Positions 12,862 through 24,792 of a stretch of 64,000 bases of DNA are shown piece by piece. The stretch's first letter is position 1. Every line of letters starts with the position of its first letter. A model generated the notes under the pieces. The model worked only from the letters and a program-made list of their open reading frames with translations, did not search any database and was not told the origin of the DNA. Location of the stretch: assembly GCF_030028105.1 (NCBI RefSeq), contig NC_092375.1, positions 44,429,130-44,493,129 on the forward strand, in the 5' to 3' direction. A program made the position numbers and the translations under genes. The stretch is from Mobula birostris. Lineage: Eukaryota.

Positions 12862-13112
12862 TTAAGCGATGCTTCCTGGTCCTATTCTGAAATCCGGTGG
12901 TTCAAGACTTGTTGGGGAATAAGTCACCGCTGGCTCTTTAATCCAGAGTAATGGAACACCATTTTTGGCATCAGACTTTTTCTGTGAGTTTAGAGTCTTG
13001 TAGCGCGTTAGTAAAATAGCAATAAGAAGGACCCCAAAAATTGGAAAGGGATAGAAAAATATGAAGTAAAACAGGGCATCATTTGAACAAATTGCTTGCT
13101 GAAGAGAAGAAC
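12862..13112 (-). CDS. IGSF3: IGSF3 terminal coding exon: stalk, transmembrane helix and cytoplasmic tail
   Basis: Acceptor ttttctgcag|GT at 13112; 251 nt to the TAA at 12864-12862. Translates (G)SSLQQAICSNDALFYFIFFYPFPIFGVLLIAILLTRYKTLNSQKKSDAKNGVPLLWIKEPAVTYSPTSLEPPDFRIGPGSIA*, closely matching the recalled human IGSF3 C-terminus (ICSNDALFYFVFFYPFPIFGILII...KNGVPLLWIKEP...YSPT). Not in the ORF track. Confidence 0.95.
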
Positions 13113-14237
13113 CTGCAGAAAAGAAATAATGAGAAGATCAGAAACTTCCTATTGTTTTTGTCATTCCTATTACGCTGGCTCATATTTCTTTCTCTTCAAA
13201 CCATATCACTCAGTTGTAGACCTGTGCCTAAAACATTCCATTGTTCTAACTAAAGTAAATACTTTGGGAACAGCATTCTGGTGGCTCAGCAATTTTTTCA
13301 TCCAAGACACATGAGCAATTTAGAAAATGAACCCATTGTTATTACTCCATTTGTTCTAATAGGGAAAAATCAAGGCAGCAGATGTTATTCTGAAATCAGT
13401 GAATAGCTCCTGAATAACATTTGTTCTTGACCTCCTGAAACAGACACAATTTGCAAATACAACCGCAACTGCCTTGTAACATTATTATTTTCTTCTTTTT
13501 AATTTGGGCTTCCTCCAGAAATAGATTTATTTCATAGGCAGCTGGTATTTACAAAGGATTAAATTATCTGAAGGTTTTAGCCGTTGATAGAAATCACATT
13601 TTTTTTTTAGCTTAAGTTCCCCAATAGCTCACAAGAAGCTAAGACAAATGAGTATACCCCTTCTAATTTTGAAGAAGATTTAAACTCGCATATATGGATA
13701 AATGGCATTCTCTTTTCGCTTATGTTACTAATGAGGCATCCCATTTGTTTCCAGAACCTCCTTTTATTGTTTCAGATCTATAGTCTGGTTGCTTTGCTTT
13801 CCACGTATCTACACATAACTAATCTTTTATATATCAGAATTGGTAATAAGGCTCATGCCCCAAAATAAACCTAAAGGTGGGCAAATCTGATTAATATATA
13901 ATTTTCATGTAGGGGCAGGGGCCAGTATCATGCATACTTTTATATTATTTCTTCCTGGCTGGTTAAGGGATCATATACTGTGTTTTAGAACAAAGCAGCT
14001 CAGAAGCTATCATAAGTAGTTGTTATTGAATCCCACGCTATTGGTTTTGTTCTCTACAAAGAGGGGTTTCATTTTTTGACTATGAAAAGAAATGTGAAAC
14101 TCTAGCACAGCCTTTAAGATGACACACCTCTATGGACTACCTTAGGGCATTTTCCCCTCAAACATTAACAGGGTTATAGAGAAGCCAGCTGCTTCTGTTG
14201 CTACAGATTCACATTTGTCACTCTCTATATTGCAGCA

Positions 14238-14362
14238 TCAACTTGCACTTACATAGCAGCTGAAACACAGAAAATCACCCCGAGGCATTTAACAGAGGTA
14301 CAATGATGTAAAGATTAATACTGAGCAGAGAGCAGGAAATTTGAAAATGTGTGACAAAGCCT
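14238..14362 (-). mobile_element. Ancient L2-type LINE 3' end remnant
   Basis: caacttgcacttacatagcagc...gaggcatttaacagagg...gtgacaaagcct resembles the reverse complement of the recalled L2/DeuSINE shared tail. Confidence 0.4.
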
Positions 14363-14484
14363 CACAGATTAGAGACTCTGTTTTGATCCTGATCTTGATT
14401 ACTGCCTTCATTAAAAATGTTTGTTTCTCCCTGCAGATGGCACGTGTTCATTATATTGTTTTTATTTAGAGATACAAAAAGGTA

Positions 14485-14660
14485 AGAGGCTATTCTGCCC
14501 CAACAACTTTCTAACCCGTATGGTTTTGGAATGTGGGAGGAAACTGGGGCACGTGGAGGAAATCCATGCAGAAAGCAGCAGAATTGAACCCAGGTCACTG
14601 GAGTTGTAATAGTGTTATGCTCTGACAATCTGGCTGGTAGGCTAATTGGCAGCACCATGC
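14485..14660 (-). mobile_element. V-SINE / HE1-like SINE
   Basis: ctaacccgtatggttttggaatgtgggaggaaactggggcacgtggaggaaatccatgcag is the V-domain reverse complement, and gaattgaacccaggtc is the B-box reverse complement. Confidence 0.6.
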
Positions 14661-14859
14661 TGCCCGAAGAAAGTAGCGGGAGGTAGTGGTGCTGGTGGGA
14701 GTTGGTTGGAATGGGAGTGGAAACATGGGATTTGTATGGATTTATGAATGCAGACGGCTGAATTGCTGGTTTTCTTTCCTTATGACTCCATGCCACGATG
14801 AGATGAATCTGAAGGATACCCCTTCAAGAAAATAAAGTGAGATTTAACGGATTTTAAAA

Positions 14860-15530
14860 AAATATTCACTTTTCAGAACCTGTACGCTTCTGGCAGAATC
14901 AGCATTTTCTGCCCATTTTTGTGAAGCCCTTGGAACGGTGATTGTGAGACCAGTGAAGGTACTCATTACACTGTGTTGTAGGAAGTTCCAAGGTTTAATC
15001 CAGTGATGATGAAGAACCAGTGATATGTTTCTATGTAAAAAAAAATGGCACTTGACTTTGAGAGAAGCTGCAGGTGATGGTGTTTTCACGCCCCTGAAGT
15101 TCTTGTTCTTTTTCTGATAGAGATTGTGGATGGGGCTATTGCAGCAGCCTGCGAAAGTTATTGCGATACCTTTTGTAAATAGCATGCACTGCAGCCATTG
15201 TGCACCAGGAGTTGATGGGGTCACTTTATCCTGTTGTTGGTGTCTTGAGAGTTGCTGGACCGGCCAGGCGACTGTCACTCAATGCAGCATACACAGTCTC
15301 CAATCTGCTGTTAGAGTCACTAAAGTGCTTATGATACTTTGAGTTAAGTTTTTGATCCATGTAACCCCTAGGATGCTGGTGGGAGGATAACACAAAAATG
15401 GTAATGCCAGTGGCTGTCAAACAGTCTCTCACTCTCTTACTCATTAGTCCACACTGAAAGTTGTTTAATTTTTTAAGTTTGTGCGGTTTCATTTGCCAAG
15501 GGATTGTGAATTGAATTGGACAGTATGCAA
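14860..15530 (-). mobile_element. Ancient LINE 3' portion (CR1/L2-related elasmobranch-type family)
   Basis: cagcattttctgccc...gcccttgg...gaaggtactc...gttccaagg...ccagtgatgatgaagaacc...gatatgtttc is the reverse complement of the family whose plus-strand tail lies at 15545-15715. Strongly decayed. Confidence 0.5.
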
Positions 15531-15544
15531 TCATCAGCAGACAT

Positions 15545-15715
15545 TTCCACCTCTAAACTTGTAATGGTGACAGAATAACAGGGTGCCCTCCCAGCCACCA
15601 CCATCCTGACTTGGAAATGTATCACCATTCCGTCACTGTCACTGGGTCAAAATCTCAGACTGTAGCGGCTCAAGAAGCAGCTCACCATCATCTTCTCAAG
15701 GACAATCAAAAGGAC
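15545..15715 (+). mobile_element. Ancient LINE 3' tail, same family as 14860-15530 in opposite orientation
   Basis: ccatcctgacttggaaatgtatcaccattcc...actgggtcaaaatc...gcagctcaccatcatcttctcaaggacaat. Confidence 0.55.
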
Positions 15716-15924
15716 CTTTGATTAAATCCATTTTTAATAAATATGAAAGGAATATCATTGATAAAACAGCTTAAGATGATTGAGTCTGGAATATTGCTCT
15801 GAGAAACACATGCTGAGGCAGAGATATATTGACACCAAAAAAACCCACGTGTTTTTCTTTGAACAAGTTTTGACCTCAACCACTGGAGTATTCTGTCCAT
15901 GATGCCCTTAAGTTTTATCCAAGC

Positions 15925-16135
15925 TCCTCAATGGCACATTTGGTCAAGTGCCGCCTTGATATCAAGGACAATCATTCTTGTTCTGCCTCTGGATTTCAGC
16001 TCTTTAGTCCATGCTTGAACCAGCAGTGTGGAGGTCTGGAATGGATTGCTCAGGCAAACCCCAAGTGCAGCAAGGTTTTAATGAGCAAATGCCATTTGAT
16101 AGCACCTTCAGAGGCACCTTCTATCATTTTGTGAT
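15925..16135 (-). mobile_element. Ancient LINE RT fragment
   Basis: The reverse complement resembles LINE RT motifs 2-3 (plus strand ...ccttgatatcaagg...atttgatagcaccttcagaggcaccttctatcattttg). Confidence 0.45.
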
Positions 16136-16267
16136 GGCATGGTATAGGTTATCTTGTAATAATTAGCTGGATTGCATTAGGACATAAATAAATAGGTGGA
16201 GGTGTAGGTCATCTGGTCCATTGCACTGCTCCACCATTCATGGCTGATCTGGCCATAGACTCATCTC

Positions 16268-16470
16268 CACCAGGTCCTTTATTCTGCTGTTCTGGTTGCA
16301 CGGGACATATCTGGACAATTTTCATGTTGTTCAATAGATGCCAGTGGCTGACCTTGCTGAGGACTCAGGTTCACCAGGTCCTTTGTCCTGCTCTTTTGGT
16401 TATACAGGACATATCTGGAAAATTTTCATGCTGATCAAAGGATGCCAGTGGTGTAACTCTGCTGGGACTA
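16268..16470. repeat. Diverged tandem dimer, period 104 bp
   Basis: caccaggtccttt...ggacatatctgga-aattttcatg...gatgccagtgg occurs at 16268 and again at 16372. Confidence 0.75.
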
Positions 16471-17044
16471 CTCGAAAAGAGATGCAGATAGTTTTGGAAA
16501 GGAGGTTATTGCAGCACTGATGTCTGTCCCCATAGCATTTGCTGCATCCAGTGCTCACAGCCACTTCTTGACAGAGGATTGGCTTCTGTATTAATTGGGA
16601 CCTTAGTAGAAAGCCGAGATAGCTTATCCAATTGACACTTCTCACTGAACAAGAAGCCCAAGGAATTGATGGACTTAAACGGGGTTGGAGTTGTAATGGT
16701 CAGATGTATAGTTTAGGGTGACAATACAACACAGGGATAGCGAGGAATATGACAAAGGCGAGTTTTAAGCACAATACTGGGAATTCAAAGCACTGGGGAC
16801 AGTGGTTATGGAGCAAAGCTTTGCAGATTCACAGGAATTGACATTGGCCAAGAGAGGAAAAGAGAGCTGGTAGGCGGACAACAAGTGGGTTTCAACAACA
16901 GAGAAACTGAGTTTAAGGCAGCTGTCCCATGCCAGTTCCCCAAGTATTAATTCCCTCATGGTTCAATACCACTTTTTTTGTCCAACTATCCTCACGGAAT
17001 CTTTCACTGATCACACAATAACAATGAAGAAGATAATAAAGGAA

Positions 17045-17215
17045 TAAAACCAGAAATTGCTGGGGATAACACAACATCTATGAGAAAATAACAGGGTTGA
17101 TGTTGTGGATGTGCAACGTTACATGCCTTTACATAGATGTGGCCTCACCAGTTCAGCATTTCCAATATTTTCTGTTTTATTTCAAATTCAGAGCACCTGA
17201 AGTATTTTACTTTTA
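17045..17215. mobile_element. Old short palindromic Penelope-derived element
   Basis: The left arm cagaaattgctgg...catctatg and the right arm catagatg...tccaatattttctg are degenerate inverted copies, with a one-sided tail (ttcaaattcagagcacctgaag). Architecture as at 30365-30563. Confidence 0.5.
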
Positions 17216-18149
17216 AAATATACATTTAACACAACAGTAGAAGAGTCTCTTCCATTCAGGAAACACAAAACATTCCACAAAAAATCAGCCTAAACTCCAT
17301 CTCAGAGCACTTTGTCGTCTAGTGCTTTTTTCTCATACTTTCACACACCCTTTATCTAGCCGTGGATCTACTGGCAGAAGAATGACATACCACCTTTCTG
17401 AACATATCTATGGGCTACTGTGGAGTTTAAACAGCAAATAAAAGTGTGCTGAAGTTACAAGACCTGTCCAAAGTCACTTATTAATATAGATCCAAGATGA
17501 ATTTAATACAAATTACATTTATTTTTAACATAAAAGTAACCATTTGATTGGAATGAATTTTGCCTCTTAAGGTAGTAAAACAGTTTTATAAAAATAAATC
17601 TTTTGAGTTTCAGATTAAGCCACTGCTTTGCACCAAGAGGAAACAAGTTCAAATCCAAAGAGACAAAATTAGAACAAATATAAATTAGTTCATTTTTGGA
17701 GCCTAATTTTCTTGGATTCTATTCTACGGTAATGTGGGTCTGTAATAACTCTCCTATTGCCAAGCCTTATCATTGAAGTTTTAAGCCTCATTCCAAGGAC
17801 TGCAGCTCTGAGGGAGTGTTATTGGCTCTTTCCCACAGAACACTGCAAAATCAGCAAGTATATTAGCCACACATGGAAGAGACAGGTGTTCAATGACTCT
17901 TTAAACATCTAAGTAATTTCACGTACCCCTTAACTCTTTAAGGATTGTATCCCAATATATATTGTCCACTAACCATCAGGCACAAGTGCCCTGGTTATTC
18001 AACACTAAGAACTGAGGTTATATTTCTTTCACTTAACCTTATTGTTACAGCCAAAGACAAAGTGAATTGTTTTTTTAAAATCAAACCAGAAGATGATGTA
18101 TAGTGGAACCATGGTCAATGCTGAGACCATTGCATTTTTTTTAAAAAAA

Positions 18150-18945
18150 AAAGAAAACCTATATTAATGGATGAGACTTGTGGATGTAAACCAGAATTTC
18201 CAAGTTTGCAGACAATACAAAACTTAGTTATATAGTGAACTGCAAAGGGGATTGTAATGGATTGGGGGATACAGACTGTCTGTTAAAAGAGGCAGATGAA
18301 ATGTGAAGTGAGTAATTTTAATTAGAAGAGTCATTTTTATAGACTAAGGGGTACTGTTCTAAAATGAGTATGAACATAGAGGGACATGTAAGTAGGTGCA
18401 CTCAAATCATCAAAAGTGGCAGGATAGGTTGAGGAAACAGTTGATGAGATATTCTCAACTCTAGGCTTTATCAACTTAGATATGGAACGTACAAACTTTA
18501 TAGTCTTTATAGATTGGTGGTCCAGATTCAGTTGAAACACAGCAATCAATTCCGGATGTGAGGCATTAGAGAGGGCCCAGGATCCTAGAGGGTCCGCTTT
18601 AGGAAGCACTACAGTTAGATAAATGGATTAAAATAGCTGCAATTGTTTTAAGAAGTTGCTTGAGGGAATTTGATAGAAATATAGAAAATAATGATGGATC
18701 TGGACACAGCAGATAGCATGAGCCTGTTCACATTGCAAAACTGTTTAAGGAATAGAAATTACTTGTGTAAAAGAGAGAGAAACCTGGGGAACTACTCATA
18801 TACGGCTGGAATCTGGAATGGAGTGCCTGCAAACATGATAGAGGTAGCTTCCATCATGGTTTTCAAGATAGAATTATGTATGGTGAGGGAAAAAATGTGA
18901 AAAAGTTTAAGTGTGGAACAAGTGAGTCCCTCTTGACGCAATGGG
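18150..18945 (+). mobile_element. Degraded CR1 LINE, RT C-terminus to 3' end
   Basis: ttccaagtttgcagacaatacaaaac (SKFAD-TK) at about 18199 and further CR1-like segments up to about 18945. Confidence 0.7.
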
Positions 18946-18998
18946 CTAGCTAGTCACTTTCTGTGTTGTAATCATTCTGTGTTGCTTTGGTAAATTAC

Positions 18999-19421
18999 CT
19001 TTGCTTTGTACAGTGATAGTGACCAGCCCGGACTCATCCTCTCCTAGTTTGTACCAGATGTGGTTGGCATTTTGAATCCACTCCTCTACGCTGCAATAGT
19101 AATTTCCAGTGTCACCTTTGCCAGCATTCTGTATTGTTAAGGTGTACAATCCATTGGAAGGCCTCTCGAACTGCAATCGGTCCTTCATTCCTTTAGCCCC
19201 ATCGATTAAGGTATCAAATCCAAACACGGTATTATGATCAACTTTTAAAATTGTCTCCTTAATAATTCCATCAGTATCCTTTTTGACTTTCCAAGCAAAC
19301 CAGGACACAGCAAATTGGGAATTCTCTTGTGTTTGTTGGGTTATATTACAGCTGAGCTGGAACAGGTCCTTTTCTGATATACTGATGTTCAATTCTGCTT
19401 TATCCAATTGCATCTTAAATT
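18999..19421 (-). CDS. IGSF3: IGSF3 exon, Ig V-type domain 8
   Basis: Acceptor ggaacag|AA at 19421, donor AAAG|gtaatt at 18999; 423 nt, phase 1-1. EFKMQLDKAELNISISEKDLFQLSC...FAVSW...DTGNYYCSVEEWIQ...WYKLGEDESG has the canonical C-W-C and D-x-G-x-Y-x-C motifs. Confidence 0.93.
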
Positions 19422-19704
19422 CTGTTCCGGAAATCAAAAACAAAGAGACAGCACATTTTAATGTTTAATTATGAAAAGCCGTACAAGCTGTATCCCTTAA
19501 ATCCGTAAAATAAATGTATCAGTCTGAAAGTCATTTCCTAAGGTCAATGAATCAGAACCACACTTCTGTGGTCCTCTGACTTCTGAATTTGATTCCTAGC
19601 TGAGGGAAAGGTTCACTCAATTTAGTCTAATATTGACACTATGTCCCTCAGACAGGGATGGAACAACCCCCTTGCCTTCAACCATCCCTACCCAGATCAA
19701 ACCA

Positions 19705-20610
19705 ACAGGATGAATGATAAGATACAGGAGCAGAATTAGACCATTTGGCCCATTGAGTCTGCTCCTCTATTCCTTCATTCAAGGCTAATTTTTATGTTCT
19801 CAGCTCCATTCTCTCTGCAACCTTTAAGCACCTTATCAATCAATAATCTATCAATCTCTGCTTTAAATTGTCAGGGTGCATTCTGGAGTTAGAGTATATA
19901 GCAGATATTAATTTCATCAGCAATCAATCTTCAGACATGAACATGGATTGTAGATTGAATTCAAAATGCAGCCTTGAACAATAGTTTTCCTGGAGCTGTG
20001 AACTGGGGTAGTTCCAAACCAGACAGTGAGGATTAACATTCATTTTGGGTGTCTGGAGTGTGAGTGTGAAGAAGGTGGTGTGTGAAGACTATATATAATT
20101 TAAAGGAAGCATTGTAGATATATTGAAATTATAGAGTTGTCCTGCTGTTACCTTTGATCTTTAGCATTTAAAAATGTCATGTAATATTGGGTCGGGAGGC
20201 CTCTTCCTCTGAAACGGTCTCAATATGATGCTTACACCTTTTTTTGTTGAATAAAACACTTCTATATCCATTAACTTCGATGACTCTCCAGTGACTTTTT
20301 TTCACATGACAACAAAGTACACCTAGTGACATGGCTCCCACAATCCTCTGTAGCAACAAATTCACAGATTCCCCACCCTCCAACTGATGAAATTCCTCAT
20401 CTCAGCTCAAAAGGCATATCCCTTTATTCTGAGCCCGTGACCTCCGATCACAGACTCTACTAATGGCAACATCCTCTTCATGCTCACTCTATCAGGCCTT
20501 TCATATCCGATAGGTTCGAGTGAGATCCCCCTCATGCCTCTGAACGTCATCGCGTACAGGCACAGAGATATTAAATGCTCCTCATACTTTAAGTCTCTCA
20601 TTCCTGAGAT
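19705..20610 (-). mobile_element. CR1 3' fragment (about 19705-19865 and 20255-20610) with an intervening older LINE remnant (about 19866-20170)
   Basis: CR1 3' UTR motif gatacaggagcagaattagaccatttggccc; minus ORF 20407-20601 resembles the CR1 end (GHGLRIKG). Confidence 0.6.
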
Positions 20611-22235
20611 GAGGGTGGGGCAGCAACTGTAATAGACTATTGCTATGAACTCTTGAGTATAATTGCCACACTCAACAATTACAATTTTTCAGCTCATTTT
20701 AGTTTATACAGCTGATGCAGGGGTTGGCTCACCTGTGACGGTACCTCACATTCAAGTGGCTTGCCGTCCTTTGTAATTTAAAACCACAGACTAAAATACA
20801 TAAAATTGAGTTGCTGAAGAACTCGGAGTATAGTACGTGCCATGGCCACAATTTTTTTCCTGTACTTTTAGCACCATGTAACATTTTTCTTTACATTAGA
20901 TAAATCTATCGTACCTGCTGGATTGAATTGGACCATCATTATCTTGAATGGGTTTTCCTTTGCATTAAGTCACACTAGTGCAAAATCAGAGTCAGTACAG
21001 GTTTTGAGACATTGGGTAAACTGTTTAGATGTTTTACTCCTTATCAATTAGGAGTTTTCCCAAATAAGATGAATGAATCTATTGCATGAATGCTTAGTTA
21101 AGAAGGAATTTCAAACATTACATTCTAAAATCATAACTTGTTTCTATCACATTTTGATCTTGAACATTTATATCTACGGTTTAACTTGCTGAACCAGCTT
21201 ATACTGTGCAACAAAATGTTGAGCATTTAATGCCTTAAGCTTGCAGAAACCACTGGAAAAGCTGAGGCAAAAAAAGCAGCAACTCCATCTACCTATACAT
21301 TAAAGTTCCTCTCTTCAAATTCTCAAACTCAAATCCAAAGAATTATCAACTGTTAATGATTAAATAGAATGGACAGGCAGCTTCTGCTAACTTAGTAATT
21401 TAAAAAATCTCAATTAATTTCTGAGTTAAATACCAATGGATAAAACAAAGAATTGTTACTTTGCTCAAATCATTTTTGTGGTTTACTATAGTTTTAGCTC
21501 CTATATTTGCGCTATAACAGTTCTCAATATTCAAATATTATATTTGTTAGACTACTTTTATAATGCATCAGAATTCTCAAGGGCAAGCTCCTGGACTTAA
21601 ATGAAAGAATGTATCTATTATTAATAACTTTAGTCACCTTTAATCTCTAAAGGTATCTTTACACCTGGTGAATGATTATACTGTCATGACTAAATATAAC
21701 TGACTACATAAGGCAGAGAAAAACGCCGTGAGTGACATTTCTATCTAATTGTTTAAAACAAAAGTCACTTTCTGATCAAATCAATAACACCACTAGGGTT
21801 AATAAGTGTTTAAGAGACTGCCTCTAGCAAGTCAAAACTACATCATTAGGTTTGTTTGCTTATTATTTTGATTTAATATCTTCTATGCCTTGCAAAATGA
21901 CCCAAGTAGCTGAGCCACGTTTATTATTGAAGGAAGTTCAGGCTATTCTTCAACGCCAGCTCCGTGCTCCTTTTCCCACACTCAAACTCCATTTCCATGA
22001 ATGCTCACGGAGGATATGAAATATTATATTTAGGCTGGTGAAGTATTGTATATAATGGGACGGTGCAATATCATGAAAAGATTTAACCACTTGTTTATCA
22101 GTAATGGTTCAGATGCCAAATAATTCAAGTGTGCTCTAAGGGTATAATGCAACATGTAATGCAACATTTGCTAACAACTGAATGCTAAGAGTCATATATT
22201 AAAAATCTGAAAATATAATGCCTTTTTCTGTTCTC

Positions 22236-22430
22236 TTATGGCTGGGCTCCAGGTTGGGCACAGAGTCCAGGATGTGGGTGGTTCTTGACCGGGAGGTTGG
22301 GATAGTGGGTATTGCAGAGCTCAGCAGGTGAGAATAAGGTGGTTTGAGATTGGGGATGATGTTCCTTTAAGGCAATGGGAAAGCCACCAATATCTCTAAA
22401 TTCGTTGGGGGCTCCTGAGGAATTCATGTG
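22236..22430 (-). mobile_element. Possible L2-clade endonuclease remnant
   Basis: The reverse complement (ccccaatctcaaaccaccttattctcacctgctgag...acccacatcctggac) weakly resembles recalled L2 APE-domain sequence. Confidence 0.3.
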
Positions 22431-23029
22431 AAGTGTGGTTAGGATTAAGGGATTGTTGTTCTGAGAGTACCCATAAGGTTAAGCTATCAAGTTATCCTCC
22501 AATGCATGGTCATCCCATATAAGCCTTGCATAGAAATCACATCAAAGTCCTAAAGGTGACTTACAACACTAAGCACTTGGGGAAATTGAGACAACTTGAT
22601 CTGCCTTAATTGTGAAGACATTTTAAACTGGGTTAAGCTAATTTCAATCACATAGTGCCAGATGAAAGTACTATTTATATAACGTCTAGGTGAGAGTGTA
22701 TAAAACTTTATAAATTTATTTGCGTAGGTCTTTTAAAAGTCTTGCTTTTTGTTTAGCTTGGCATAGCAAAATATAAATCAAGGGAGTTGCATCAAAATAA
22801 GGGCTAAGATACAAGGATTTTTTTCTACTGATCTGTATAAAATGTATTCTAGGCTTGCTGGTCAATCTTGTAGCCTTAGTTCTTGAAAAACTGAATTTAT
22901 GAATACTATCCAACTAAAAGGATTGTGCTAACCTATAACATTGTTGCAGCTTCTGTTATGGAGAGCACATTTTAATTGAAATTACAAAGACAGTTCAAGC
23001 ATAATGTCAGACCAGTGTAGGGCTTATGC

Positions 23030-23705
23030 AATGAATGGTGGGGCATTAGAAAGATATAGAGGGATCTAGGAGTACAAGTGCATAGTTCACTGAAAGCAGC
23101 ATCGCAGGTAGATGGGGTGGTGAAAAGGGCATTTAGCATGCTGGCCTTCATTAGTCAGGGCAGTGACATTATGTTGCAGTTGAATAAATCAATGGTGGGG
23201 CTACACTTGGAATATACTGTGTGCAGTTCAGCTCACTGTGTAGGAAAACTGTGGCTAAACTGGGGAGATTTACAAGGATGTTGCCAGCACTAGAGGGCTT
23301 GAGGTTGGCCAGGCTTTATTCCTCGTTACGTAGGACAATGAGGGGTGACGTTACAGAAGAATTAGAAATTATGAGGTATAGACATAGTGGATAGCATTGG
23401 TCTTTTCCCTAGGGTAGGGAAGTCCAAAGCTAGGGGCATAAGATGTAGCATGAGATGGAAAAGATTTAAAGGAGGCTTAGGGGACCTGATTTTTATTTGC
23501 AAGGGGTAGAGACTATATGGAACAAGGTGTCAGAGAAAGTGGCTCAGGCAGATACAATTGTACCATTTAAGAAGACATGGAAGGGTGGGATTTAGAGTGA
23601 TGTGGGCCAATCACAGGAATTTGGGACAAACTGGATGAGCACCATGGTCAGAATGGACTCAATGGGCCAAAGGGCCTATATCTCTGCTGTAGGGCTCGAT
23701 GACCT
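23030..23705 (+). mobile_element. Degraded CR1 LINE 3' portion
   Basis: ORF 23078-23293 (VHSSLKAASQVDGVVKRAFSMLAFI) plus the tail atgggccaaagggcctatatctctgctg. Confidence 0.8.
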
Positions 23706-23729
23706 TTATTAGTCAGGATATGTGGGTCA

Positions 23730-24660
23730 TTTTCAGAGATATTGCAGAAGCTGAAATTCTTCAGACTGGCACACAGATTGCATTTGGGCCTCATCTATGT
23801 TGTGCTGTAGGCAAATTTTCTCATTATATATAGGTAAGTGGGTCAGCAAGTTGTGAGAGTTTAAAATGAAGTTACAAAAAGAATGCAGATAGTCAGTGGG
23901 CCAGAAGTGTAATGCGTGAAAATGTGAGGCTATCCATAATTGCAAAATTGTTAATTTAAGTGAGCCTGAAAACTGTTGTGGAACAAAGGGATCTGTGAAC
24001 CCTAGTATATGAATCAGCAAAGGGTTTAAATGCAGATGCAGTAAGTAACTCAAAAGGTGAGTGAAATGTCGATTTTAACTGCAAGTTAAAAAAAGTTTAA
24101 AGGTAGGTCGATTTTGAAGTGACTTTACAGGACTAATATTGAGTTCACATTTGGAAAACTGTAAATAGTTTTGATCTCCACATTTAAGATTGGAAGCATT
24201 GTGGATAACGCTTGTCAACTAGATTCTTGGTGTGAAGTACCAGTGAGCAGGTTGGGTCCTACTTACTGGAATTTAGAAGAATGAGAGGTGACCTTATTCA
24301 AACATAAATTTATGAGGAGGATCGACAAGGTGCATGTCAAGAGCATGTTTATTCTTGATGGAGGAATCTACAACTAGGGGCATATTTTCATAGTTAAGTG
24401 CTATACAATACAAAGGAATTTCTTCTGTCAGAGAGTGCTGACACTTTGGGATTCTCTGTCCCATACAGTTGTGGAACAACTTTTATTGAATAGATTCAAA
24501 ACAAAGACAGGTAGACATTTGAACCATAAGAGAGTCGAAGGGCATAAGTGATTCTAAAGTCTGGGAAGTGACATTGTGGCCAGAACTGGTCAAACTAATA
24601 ATCACACGGCAGAGCAGGCTCGAGGGATTGAGTAACCTACACCTGCTCCCACTCCTTACC
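23730..24660 (+). mobile_element. Second degraded CR1 LINE 3' portion
   Basis: CR1-like RT C-terminal segments and the tail agagcaggctcgagggattgagtaacctacacctgctccc. Confidence 0.7.
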
Positions 24661-24792
24661 CTCTTCTGTAACCCTAACAGTACTGTGTTGGCAATGTTAT
24701 AAAATGGATGCTGTGTGCAAAGTACATGATGTAAACACTAATTTTAAACTGCCTCACTCACTACACATTAATCAATTGGGAAGAATTACAAT

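Noticed and set aside
16268-16470. CRISPR-like array
   Set aside because: Only two diverged units without unique spacers, in a eukaryotic context with no cas genes. No CRISPR array was seen anywhere in the window.
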